From Pavona decussata (Eukaryota), in NCBI GenBank assembly GCA_977016875.1, contig CDRNST010000230.1, positions 372,001 through 436,000 on the forward strand: a stretch of DNA of 64,000 nt. Reading direction: 5' to 3'. Under the pieces are notes generated by a model, which worked only from the letters and a program-made list of their open reading frames with translations, searched no databases and was not told the origin of the DNA. Shown here piece by piece: positions 25,437-37,700 of this stretch. Position 1 is the stretch's first letter; the number at the start of each line of letters is the position of its first letter. Position numbers and translations under genes: made by a program.

Positions 25437-25822
25437 CCTGAGCAAGACACCAGTACCATGTGCAAGAACAAAATGGCGGTCGGGTGAAGGCCGAGTGAAA
25501 ACTGGAGATAGCTTTCGTTCATTGACCGCTGACCGTTTAATCGGTGTTTTTGATTTTGATGTGAGGAATTTGTTTTTGCTGTGAAAAATTTGTTTTTGAT
25601 GTGACAAGTTCGTTTTTGATGTGGTGAATTTGCTTTTGTAGTGACGATTTTGCTTTTGTTGTGGCGAATTTGTGTTTGATGTGGTAAGTTTGACTTCGAT
25701 GTGGGGAATTTGTTTTTGATGTGACGATTTTGCTTTTGTTGCGGCGAATTTGTGTTTGATGTAGTAAATTTGATTTTGATGTGGGGAATTTGTTTTTGAT
25801 GTGACAGTTGTGGGCCACCGTA
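25347..25822 (-). repeat. Right terminal inverted repeat
   Basis: Mirror of 17872-18347 (matching positions sum to 43694). Confidence 0.95.
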
Positions 25823-26947
25823 AATTGAGGAATATTTTCGCAAGATAAACAAACCAAGACAACCGCATCTAAAAATGGCTGTGGAGACAATTTCAAGGTA
25901 TGCATATCAGCGCCATGTTTTTTTCATATGACTTTTCGCTGATCATTTGAGGGAAAGTGAAGTTTCTTGAAGTTTAGGCACGACTTGATCATGATTATTT
26001 ATGTTTCAAGCTGACCGACTTTTTGGCGGTAAGGTTTTCCAAAACAATTAATAAATAAACATTTTTCATGCACGCTATTACTGTCGAGAAATCCTCGTGG
26101 GAAGGTTTTAATGCCATTCAGGAGGAAGGGAAAACTAATATAGCCAAACAAAGAATATTTTAGACAAGAACAAAAATTAAAATAAAATAAAAATAAAAAG
26201 TGACAACTGCCCTTTCTCCGCTTCTCGTTACGCCGCTACGTCGTACCTCGTTAGGCCATTACGCGTTTTACTAACAACCTGGCCTGTCTTCGTTCTCATT
26301 GAGAACGGTTTAGAAACTAATCCCGTCGTTTTTTATCTTGTGACCTCGTTAATTCCATTTTCAAGCACTTTTTGTCGACTTCTTAAAAACGGCACGTTTA
26401 CCAGTAAAACCGTGCTATTAAAATATCGAAAACGTTTGATATTAATAAAACTCGAGAATTGAGGTAGATTGTTTTTTTTTCTACTCGACATGTGGTAAAG
26501 ACATTTTCAGACTAATAGACTAGTTATTTTACTCCTTACTGCAAATACTTCATTATATTAGTATTTATGCTGTCTTTTAAAATAATTTTAAGAAAAAATA
26601 CGACGCTTTTGAGACACGAACATATGTTGATTTATACATCCTTGAATTAAAACAATAGTGTGGTAAAGTACCGTATTTTATTTCGGGTTCTTTTCTTTTT
26701 TTAATTAATAATACTTTTGAAATACAGAGGCAAGTATAGCCTGTATTATTCATTCCTTAAGAATGGCGTCATGACGTCGCCGAAACGTCGGAACATTATA
26801 TCGCTATTTTTTACTTTTCTTTTTTTATTTTCATTTATTTTATTTATTTATTTATTTTTTTTTGATTTTTTTTTCCATTTTCAGGTTAATAATACAAGCA
26901 TTAAACTTTGACCAAGCTTATGACAAATACGTATCTCACAAAAAAAA

Positions 26948-27913
26948 TTAACTCGATAAGCAAAGGAGTTTTCTGACTATGTCTTTCACTGCCTGTCTCA
27001 CTTGCCTCATCTTCCAGCAATAAATAATTGGGTTTAACGAGGAGTTGAGATAAACTAAAGTCGCTGCAAATGACCTCGCAACAAAAATAGATGGCGTTAG
27101 TCCTCTCTGAAGGAGCAGAATCTCAATTATGCCGTGTGGTAGATAACAATAAAGTAATGTTAACTGAACCCACATTGCATTGGACACTGTCTTTCTGTAT
27201 CGCACAAGATTCAATGATATTTCTTGCCTTGGTTGTCCTTGGCTTTGCGGTAGAACTTGGTTATGGCGGAGAGTAAGGAAAATTTTTCTGTACGATATCA
27301 TTGAAGTGACTAGACAGAGTCCTAATACGGTGTAGTCATACCATAGGTTGAAAAGGCCACTAAATAAGGACGTTATCGAAGCCGGGATTGACACTACCCA
27401 AAAAAGAGATACCGTCAAATACATTCGCTTCAAAGTTACAACTTGTCTGTATCTGAGCCCTAACAACAGGGCGAGAAGTATGTCTACGCTTACTGCGATC
27501 ACTGTAAACAAAGACACACCACATAAAATATAGGTTGCAGTTTGAAAAACGCCAAATGCGTATCGACATATAGTCCATCGTCCTCCTAGGACAGACATGA
27601 AGTAGATGACAGCAAGAGGCCCTACAATGAGACCAACACAAAGATCAGTTGTCGCTAAGTTGCGAAACAAGAGTTTAGACGGCGGACGAAGTGAAGACAC
27701 GTTGTGAAGGGCGAAGAGGATCAGAGTATTCCCCATAAACGCGGTGATGGACAGAAAACTGTTTAGCACTAACAGCAATATCAGCTGGTTGTGTATTCCT
27801 CCGGTTAATTCTCTCGAACAAGACAGGTCTTCGAATAATTTGTCCTTTGCGTCTTCAGTAAAATTTGTTAGCACCATGCTTTCAGTTGCACTGCAGTACA
27901 CAGCGAGGTCCAT
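26948..27913 (-). CDS. Intronless class A (rhodopsin-family) GPCR, adenosine/melanocortin-receptor-like orphan, 321 aa
   Basis: Seven hydrophobic segments; GN in TM1, LATTD in TM2, CYLP in TM6, NSSLNPIIY in TM7; the DRY position reads DIL. Confidence 0.92.
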   Translation of the reverse strand: MDLAVYCSATESMVLTNFTEDAKDKLFEDLSCSRELTGGIHNQLILLLVLNSFLSITAFMGNTLILFALHNVSSLRPPSKLLFRNLATTDLCVGLIVGPLAVIYFMSVLGGRWTICRYAFGVFQTATYILCGVSLFTVIAVSVDILLALLLGLRYRQVVTLKRMYLTVSLFWVVSIPASITSLFSGLFNLWYDYTVLGLCLVTSMISYRKIFLTLRHNQVLPQSQGQPRQEISLNLVRYRKTVSNAMWVQLTLLYCYLPHGIIEILLLQRGLTPSIFVARSFAATLVYLNSSLNPIIYCWKMRQVRQAVKDIVRKLLCLSS

Positions 27914-29020
27914 TTATGTTGAGGTTTTCTGACAACCAAAGTTTTAACATAATTAACTTCGGCCTACTTTAATCTGTTTCAGTCATGAAATTTACATGAA
28001 TTGAAGCATCTGGTTTTATGAAATCAAACATTGAAGAACCTTTAAATGTATACTATTTTTTTAATTTGTGTCTGATCGAAAACATGGACCGAAACAATCC
28101 CTCCGCGAACCTTACACCTTGAAAGAAGTTGACATTTATACATATTACACATTAACAAACCTAAATAAACTTAGCATCTAAGATGATGAGTTATAATGGA
28201 GAATACTCTAGCCACATGATTGTTTCATAAACTAAAGAGGAACCGACATTCAATTTGCAGTTCAACGAATGACGTTTTATTTACTCTTGCACCCGTTTAT
28301 AGACAGTTATTAAAAACATTTGAAAATGCGCTTCCATATAAAAGAACTTTTCCGTTCATTTTCCCCCTTCTTTGTTTGTGAAATAAAAGTCCTACTTTCT
28401 TGAACGAGGTCCTTTTATGTAGCCGTGGTTACTCAATGTGCTCTTTCACTGAGTGGTTCACCTTAAATCATTGGTCTTAATTAATTCCTCATTTATCCTG
28501 AATAAACAATGAAAACCAATTCACAACATGGCGTCAGTAAAGCGCGCGCTCTCATTGGCAAATAAGCGTCATCCATTTGCCCGTGGGTTGCATGCTGACG
28601 TTTGATTCCGTCAAGATTTATTGGAGTTTTTTTTAGCACGTACCCTGTTTGAAAGAGTCAGTCGACTTAGGCGTTAAAATCACCTGCGCAAGTTTTCTCC
28701 CACTTTTCGTAAGAAAGTTGGAATCATCGGCTCATTTGAGATCTTAAGCATAGCGAGTCTGTTAATATTATTGAAAACAATCGTCGCAAGGCAAGTGAAC
28801 AAGACTAAAATATGTTACGGTTATCAGTGATTCTTCAGTGCGTTGATTATTTTGGGAAAAAAAATTAAATGGAATACAGGTAAGTTCATATATCTTCTTG
28901 CGGACTGATTTATTGTTGTGCTATTGACTGCAAGTTTCTAGTTGTTTTGATTATTTCAGAAAAAGCTTTCTTAAAAATACGTCATTTTTAAGCTTATTCT
29001 GCTCATAGAACTCAAGCTCA

Positions 29021-31938
29021 TGTAGCAAAGAGCAAGGGTAAGAACTGGGTATAGCCCAAAAGTTATTTAATGGGGTAGAATGATTCTATGTGCATTGTTC
29101 GGATAGATGTGTTTATCGAGAGTCAGGTTGACTTTAGTTACGCTAAAGCGAAGATGTTTCTGACGATAATAATTCAAGCAAAGTCCCGTTGAGTGTAACA
29201 TTTTGGTGACCCCGGTGTGATAAAAGAACGAACGAGATGGAGAGCCCCGTGGAAGTAAAGCATATTGAACTGAGAGCCACGATTTGCCAACTCAACGAGG
29301 CAACCCTGCGTGAACTATGCGTCGCGCTGCACATTGAGGTGCAGGAGAGAGATACTGGCCGTCTTGCACTGATAAAGGCTCAGGTCTTGATATCGAAGCA
29401 TTGGAAGGACTCCCCGAAACCAGATGAGCTAATTTAAGATATAAGAGAGATACCGGAAGAAGATCAACTGAACCTTCAGTCTGTGAACGGCACAGACATG
29501 GTGGGTGGGGGTAGATTTCTAGTTTGTCCGGGATGGTGAACCGTCTAAACCACTGACCGTTCCCATCTTGGCAGGGAGTCCAGATGACCAAGATTATCTT
29601 ATTATCCGGGTTTGGGTTATCGAGGAAGTGACCAAAAGACTGAGCGACCGTAGTACGCCAGATACGCTGAACCCAAAATGTGGACAAGTTTCCACCAATG
29701 GCGGAGAACACTGCCAGGTCACTCATCAACCTCATCCAATTATGAAGAAACCGATACGTGTTTGCTGAGAACCCGAAAGCATGATTTTTAAGGATCAAGT
29801 GCTTCGAAACCTTCGGACCGATAGAAGAAGAGTTGCCAGTTGTATGTGAACCCAAAGCAGATGGAATTTGGTTCGAGGATCTAGAAGTAACAGCGTGCTT
29901 CGTGCAAATCCAGGCCCAGAGTCCTCAAGTCAAATACAAATCTCTGTATGCAACCTAACGCAGAGAGAAATACTCCTTGGCAAGCATACTGAACTGGGCA
30001 GCATATGCACAGTAAGTTTAGTCTGTCACCCCATTGGCAATTTCAGAAGGAGAAGAGAAGACGGGACGGTATGACAAAATCGACGTGAACACTGAGAATA
30101 ATGTAGCTGACGACATTAAACCTCCCAAAGGATTGGAACAAGACGAGAGCCAATCAGTACCCTCTGTTGACCTCAGCCACCTGTTAAACGGCCAGAGTGA
30201 AGAAGATTTTGAGGCAGAAGTTCGAGCCTTGCACGAGATGATGACGACATTGGATGTGCCAAAGATTTGAGAAATTGACAGTAAGAAGTTTCAAGGGGAC
30301 CTGGCAAGATCCGCTCTCACTGGGAACGACAAATACACATCGTCAAGGAATGCATCCCTGAGAGCCCAGTCTACCGAGTAAAACCTGAACAAGGTAGTAC
30401 CAATTAAAGAGAGGTTATTACACTGAAATTTGCTCCATCCCTGTGACGCTTTACTGCTTGATCTACCAACTCATTAGGATGCTGCACAAAAGACAGCGAA
30501 TCCTACACTCAGTACACGACCTCCTGAAAGATACAATGGCGACAGTTTCGATGATGAGTATGAAAAGGAAAAAGCACTCTCCTTTGATTCAGGATGTCGT
30601 CTGTCATTCGAAAAGATAAACAACCCTTGTTGTCACAGAGGAACAATTTCACCTACAATCCTGGCCAATATTTTCCGGGAAAAATACGAAAATAGCGTTT
30701 GCAGTGTACATTTGTGTTTTGGATATCTATAACCAGTCGCTATAAGGCTTGGTGGTGCTATCTTTACGAATTTTTTGGAAGCCGCCCTCCTCCCTTCCCC
30801 CTCCCCAAAGCAATGTTGATAGCCGCCGAAATAATTCGGACTGTACATAAGCACAGAATCATGACAACATTGCATTGGGGTGGGGAGGTATTTCGTGTTA
30901 AAAGTTAGAAATCGTGCCTATATTTTTGGCCAGGATTGTAGCTTGGAAGATAGTTCAATTACCCATCTTGAGGCCCTGCCCGTTTTAGACGTGGATGTTA
31001 GCTTCCAAGCAGCAGATACAATTGGACCGCCTCCGAGAGACAATAATGCGTCATGATCAGGAAGTGCAGACTAAGATCGAGAGGATTCACCAGAGGAGCT
31101 ACACGACCACGAAGAGAGAGACGAGCGCCATTGACCTTTACTTATAGTCAGATGGAAGTGACTCAGTACCGACCTCTCCACCCATTAGCGGACTCAATTC
31201 ACAATCACCGCGGGGTGCCCTCCCACGTCATGGCTAGTTAACTGATGCCCAATTGGAACTTGCCTTATTGTAACCCATGCAGTCCGTGACAATCACTCAA
31301 CCAGTCGCAGTTACAGCCCAAGTGGATGCGCCAGTTTTAGACATTACCCATGTGAAACACCCTGTCGTCTGGTATGAACTGACACATCGACACATGTTTG
31401 CTTCACACATGATGACCTACGTTGCCATGACAGACTGGAACGGTCTGATTAAAGCTGCTGACAGGCTAACCTGATTGCTTTTCGAGATACCAAGCTGGAA
31501 CACATTGACTTGTGCTCACTCGCCAGCGTTCTTACTAGTGGATAATTACGCACTACTTCAAAGTAAACTCTGCCAACGTCAGTATGTTGCAGTACATTTC
31601 TGTTTGAGACATTGGAACTCACACACTTGAGGATACAAGTCCTTAGGACCCTCGTTGCACTTTTTCCCCTTATTTTGTCGTTCATCCTAGGCCTCGATAC
31701 AAGTGTTTTATGTAGTGTACATACATATCGAGATGACATGTTTGTTGGAGGGGAATGTGTGTACCAAGGAGCAAGAGAAGAAGCGGGTTTAGCCCAGAAG
31801 CTGTAATAGATAGCATGATTCCATGTCCGTTGTTCGGATCGAGTGTGTTTTTCGAGAAGGTCAACTTTTGTTACTGTTAGTAAAGTGAAGACCTGTTCTG
31901 AGCATGACAACTAAAACGAAGTCCATTGGAGTGTGACA
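29021..31938 (+). mobile_element. Old, internally deleted Gypsy-like LTR retroelement with both LTRs
   Basis: 5' LTR 29021-29200 (TGTAGC...GTAACA) followed by PBS TGGTGACCCCG; PPT GGAGGGGAATG then 3' LTR 31760-31938 (TGTACC...GTGACA); LTRs alignable but diverged; flanks CTCA/CTTA; decayed gag/pol-like pieces (e.g. VPSVDLSHL). Confidence 0.8.
30654..30940. mobile_element. MITE nested in the LTR element
   Basis: TACAATCCTGGCCAA ... TTGGCCAGGATTGTA terminal inverted repeats (TA ends, Tc1/mariner-like). Confidence 0.75.
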
Positions 31939-31993
31939 CTTACGTCCACGGGATAATCTGCTTTTTAAATGAACGTTTTGGTGACAAGTCAAA

Positions 31994-32233
31994 ATAGGCC
32001 ATTTTACAGTGGTGTACTAAGTGAGCTGGCCTTGCATTGGAAGCGAGGCTGGGGGTGACCTTGTTTTGATACAGACCTCACTGCTTTTCATATGTAGATC
32101 ATGCTGTTCTTATGCTAACTAGTTTGCATTTACATATGAAAAGCAGTGAGGTTTGTATCAAAACAAGGTCACCCCCAGCCTCGCTTCCAACGCAAGGCCA
32201 GGTCACAAAGCACACAACTGTAAAATGGCCTAT
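31994..32233. mobile_element. Palindromic MITE
   Basis: ATAGGCCATTTTACAGT...ACTGTAAAATGGCCTAT with almost full-length hairpin symmetry. Confidence 0.8.
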
Positions 32234-33733
32234 TTAGTAATTCTGATGGTACCTTGGTTAGTTTTTACCAAAAATATATATTGAAATAATTGTATACTGT
32301 GACCCCCGACCTTGCCAGATTAAACCGAGCTTCACTTGAAAACAAAAAAAACTGAGCTTAAACAAATGTTTGGTTTTTTCAAAAGCGTCCATAAGGTAAT
32401 TTGGCCACCGTAGAGATTCGAGAGCTGACATTTCGAGCGTTAGCCCTTCAATCAGTCTTATCAGTTCTCTTGATAAATAAAACCAAACGTTCGTTTCCAC
32501 TCCCCACCGACGCAACTCCACAATTTCTTCAGAAACTAACCCGCTTTATGAAATCAAAACAACCTGAAGGCTTATACAAGCACATATGTCTTTACCAGCT
32601 CACTACTTAGAAGACATGCTGCCTCGAAAAAAAAATCTCAGTAATGATATAAAAATAACACTGCGTGGAATGAGCTTTGTGCAGTATTTGCGCATTTAGT
32701 GCGGGTTTGTAGGGGAAGTGGTCAAACTACTATACTCGAACAGGACCCACCAAACCCCAAAATAGATGGTGGCCTCTGCCTGCATTCCCTTTCCTCAACC
32801 TCAAAAGATGGTGTCTTTATTGCATAGCCACCCCTCTATCCGGCAGTACTGAAAAAATTACAGTAAGATTCAAACCTCACTTTTCTTATTTTCTTATTTA
32901 TCTAGCAATGCTGACTCTCGCAACGGTAGCAGTGGCGAAAAAACAAGAGTTTCACCTTGTAAAACCACTTCGTGAAACTGGTCTCGTTCGCCGTTGCACA
33001 CAAGATTCAGCTTTCAACGTGTAACGGCGGTTTAACATTTATACACTTTTCTCTAGAAATTTTCAATTTATATTTATAAAAATATCATTTATAGCCAGAC
33101 TGGCATAACAGCAGAGTTCTTTGAGTAATCAACAGTTGCCTATTCAAAGCGAATCAAACGCTGTTCAAAGCGTATATCCACCATGTAAAACGCCATACCT
33201 CTGGACAGCATCACAAATCACACTATTTCAAATACGAGAATCCACGTCTTGCTTCAAGTTACAAAAAAACAATTCTTAAATGTATACACTTTTTTCTAGT
33301 AATTTTCAACTTATATTATCAAAATATCATATACATAGCAAAGCTAGCCTAACAGAAGAGCCTCTTGAGAAACTACTAAGTGTGCTGTTCAACGCGTACC
33401 TCCACCACGTGAAACATCGTCAACTCTTGACAGCATCACGTGCGCACCCTTAATCACTGAGCCTCGACATCAAGCTGCTCGCAATGCACGCACCAAAACG
33501 TGATGTAAATATGATGGCTTGAGCAAACATACCACAGACACGAGATAGCTATGCAAAGCGGCTCACATGGTTTACTCATTTGATTACTATCGTTCCAAAC
33601 GAGGGACATACAAAAGACATTATCCTGGGGCACCCTAGGGGAACATTTAAGCAAAATACTTCAAATGTTGTCTGCTATGCTCCCAGATTGTTGGGTGACC
33701 TTTTAAGGACGTTTTTGTGTAAGCTAATACAGT

Positions 33734-34123
33734 ATAGACCCTTCTTCAAAATGGCGGCAACAGATTTGAATGAGTTGAAATTGAACTGAATGAAAAACTG
33801 ATACCAGCGCTGGAAAGAGCCCTTTTACTTTAGTAACCTTGCAATGTTTCAGCATATTAGGTGTTATATCAGCGTTGGAAATGTAAGATAAAATTTGACA
33901 AATTTACAGACGTTTGTATGACTGGGGGTATACATCATACCCCCAGTCATACAAACGTCTGTAAATTTTTCATTTTTCAACTTACATTTTCATAGCTGAT
34001 ATTGCACCTGGTATGCGAAAACTTTGCAAGGTTACTAAAGTAAAAGTGCTCTTTCTAGTGCTGGTTTACGTTTTTAATTTTAACTTATTTGAATTTCGGC
34101 CGCCATTTTGGAGAAGGGTCTAT
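33734..34123. mobile_element. Palindromic MITE
   Basis: ATAGACCCTTCTTCAAAATGGCGGC...GCCGCCATTTTGGAGAAGGGTCTAT; centre of symmetry near 33930. Confidence 0.8.
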
Positions 34124-34776
34124 TACGGCTTGATCTGTTCGAATACTTTAGCTGAAAATTTAAGTCGCAAAAAGTTTAAGGAAACCAAATCTTTCCTCCA
34201 GAATTTATGACCTATTGTTGGCTTTATGAAAATCGTAGCGGACCTTACTTCGCGTTTTCATCAAGATATCTGGCCCTTCGGAAACGCAAGGGATTGGTTT
34301 TTCAGTGCCGAAGAAAACTTAAAACTAAGTTCAAATTTCTTTGGCGACAAAGGCCTTCCAAACGAAACGTTGGGTGCCCCTGGAAAAACCAAATACCAAA
34401 ACGAAACCATAGTTAATTCAATTAACTATGACCAAACCAAGCTACATGAACCTTGCCACCTGAGGTTCCCACTGTTCAATATGTCTACCTATCAGTGATT
34501 TCCTTTCCAAGCGAGCGCGAGAAGCGAACGAAAGCCTCCTGTGTTTTCAAAAACGAAAAACTGCTACGCAGACTAAATAAGAATATAAACAATTTGATGT
34601 AATAGTGGCTAGCTCGGCCACAAAGTCTCTAAAGAAACTAAATACGACCCTTGCAAGGACAAGCGTCATGTTTTACAGTGTCAATAAAATAAAATTGCGA
34701 GTTCCACTTTTTGTTGCATATAACTTTTTCTGATAGTACATGTTGTTTCCTGCACAGTGGAGCATTGATTGGCGAT

Positions 34777-37700
34777 TTATTTGACGTTCTTGTATTTCTG
34801 GAACAAAGAGTAAAGGATTCTCAGCGTTGACTTTAGGTCCTTTTGAACAACATCTAGAAATAAAAATACAACAAAACGTGTTAACAAAAAAAATAAGAGA
34901 AATTACTGATCCAGGAAGAGCAGGCCATTTCCGAGTTGCTTTAAACCTCATTATGAAAGCGAGGCTTCATGCATAGTTTATTATGAAATTAGTTTTCATT
35001 CATATGTAAGCAAACTTAAGGTAGAACCCACTAACTCGAACTCGGTTAAGCCAGACTCCCCACTAGCTTTCCCCCGAATTTGGTCCCATTTTTTGAGTCA
35101 TTTACTAAACACCAGCTAACTCGAACTCCACGCTAAATGACGTAATTTTACTTTCCCTGGGATCTAATGACCCCGATAACTTGAACTCCATTGTAAAACC
35201 GTCGGTCTGTAAACCTCAACAATGTCAGAACACACGTTTGATTAATCATCTTGATGTTCTTAACATTGTGGCTCAAATTTCCAAACCATACGTTAGGTAA
35301 CGTTCCTATCAAAAACCTGTTATAAAGACTTGTTGCAGCCAAGTGACCTGTGATTGTGAAAGGGTGATAAAACCACGACACTTAATTACCTTTTAACAGG
35401 ATAATTGAAATTTAACTCGAACTATTTTTGGTTCCCCTTGGGAGTTCAAGTTAGCTGGGTTCTACTGTAATGGACCTTTGTCACTCGGCAGCCATGTTGA
35501 GTCTCAGAAGAACAAAAAGCTTTGTTGTTGGACGGCCATCCTCGGCCAGACGCCAATTCTTCAGTGCGAGGCTTGCCGTGCAGATAAAAAAAACATGCCC
35601 GCCGAGAGACAAAGGTCTATTGTCGTATGAAAAGCTTTGCACGTAGCCTCGCTTTCGTAATGAGGTTCAAGGCCACTCGGAAGTGGCCTTTTGAAGAAAA
35701 TGAATGCGAAGAGCTTGTTCCACTAAAGGAGTGTGACTGAAGAGCATCGGCCAAGTAAATGAGTTAAACCAGTGAGTTGGTTGATGTTAATGCTCACCGT
35801 CAGGTTTGGCGTAAAATTTCATTCCACTGTCTCGCATGAGATCGATGGCCAAAGCAACATTATGGAGCTGTTGATATCGAATTAAAAATATCAAGATGGA
35901 ATTAGAGTCCAAGAACTCTCTACCCGTGGATGTATACAGTGTACAACAAACACAGCGGCAAAATGAGTGCGCATGCTCCGCAGATTTGTGATTCGAGCGA
36001 GAATCGATTACGAATGCTCCACTTCAATCGCCAAATTCACACCTGTTACCACAATATTTTTTTTTTGTTGCATAAGATGTGTGATGGAGGAAGTTCGAAG
36101 GAACCTTTTCTGAAAGCGGCAACCTTATCTATTTTGATTTGGGCTTATCCCCGCGAAACGAAAACAAACAATGGGAATCTTAAAAATGCCTCCATTACGC
36201 CGCGTAAGATTGCTCACGCCTGACGAGCATGCGCACTCATTTTACCGCTGTGTCTGTACAACATCAGAGCCTCCAAACATGCGCTCTTGGTTCGGCTACA
36301 GCTGTTATAAGGTAAACTGTCCTGACGGTAAAGCTGCAAGCTATCTAAAGCACGCCTGCTGGGAAAATGGACTGGATGGGGAAGAATAGGACATTTAACT
36401 ATGACGCCATTTGACTACAACTACCAGAGTCCATCAGTTCATTGATTTCTCATGCTAATTTGAGATATTTTTTAATGGAATTTGAATTAAAAATGAAAAC
36501 GAAATGAATGAGTAAAGTATATTTTAGATATTGATTACAGACATGGCACTTGGCCACTGTTTTCAAAGAATTATAAGATTTTAAAATTTCGTATTCAAAG
36601 CTAACAAAAGTTGACTTCTGTTAAGAAATATATTTATCACCAAAGACACTTATCGGGCCCAGTAAGTTACCGGAACGTTCGAGAAATGAGCCCCAGGACT
36701 GTGAGGATGAAGAAATATTTATCACCAAAGACCCGGTAAGTTTCCGGGACTTTCGAGAAACGGGCCCCTGGACTGTGAGGATTAACAGTACTACATTGTG
36801 TAAACATCATAAGGTGTCCAACCTTATCCTGTAACACCCACTCATTTAGGATGCATCCTCGGTTATAAACCAGGACATGCTCACCTTTTGTTCCTTGGTC
36901 GAAGGCGTGATGTAAAACTGGTACAGAGGAACAAAGAAGCCTTCTAAGAGCCCCAGCAGGAAAATAAGGTAAACGCCATCATGAAACTAAATAAAGAAAC
37001 AGCATTGATTTGAATCTTTTTATTTGCAAACCACAAAAAGAAATGAGCAAAATTAGATTTTTTCACTACGCAGAACGCCAAGCAAAAGTACCACAAAAAA
37101 TATGATTAATGGCTTCCAATTGGACGTTCGCAATTTTGTGTTTTTTCTTCAGAATCAAAAGTTAGATGTAAAATAGGCGAGTTTCGGTTTTCAGACCATT
37201 TTCTTTGCAGAGAAAAATTGGCAAAAATCCATGTAGACGATGTGGTCCTGCTCTATTCCCAAAAGGATTGTTATCTCATTACTGAGATTCTGGTTCTGAT
37301 AGCGTGGGCGGCGGAGGGTGGTGGTGTGCATATTACCGACGAAATTCATTTATCTCTATTCTTGATTTTCACGTGACGTCACCAAATCGGGAGGCCTACA
37401 AAATTTTTACCTTCATTCACGGAAAGATTACCTAAAAAATATGTCTTTTCACAATTCCTTAGCTCGATGTCGTACTTCCTTTTGAAAATAGAGCAGTTTC
37501 ATCGTGCGTGACATCAAGAGGGCGGCCGTGACAGAGCTGTTACGTATCTTAAAAATGCCTCATATGCAAACAAAACTAATTTTCATAACAAAAACTTTGC
37601 ACTTAGCCTCGCTTTCATAATGAGATTCAAAGCAACACGGAAATTGTCAATTTATCTTTGTGAAAAAAAAAAAAAAAAAGATTTTGGTACACAGCTCAAA

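Larger units (their letters stand above)
17872..25822. mobile_element. Apparently intact DNA transposon, IS3EU-like (IS3/integrase-type DDE), carrying convergent transposase and HECT E3 ligase genes
   Basis: Ends TACGGTGGCCCACAACTG ... CAGTTGTGGGCCACCGTA; ~476-bp TIRs; flanks TATTGAGG / AATTGAGG (7 of 8 identical, probable TSD); two uninterrupted internal reading frames. The superfamily call rests on recalled IS3EU TAY..RTA ends and two-gene layout. Confidence 0.88.
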
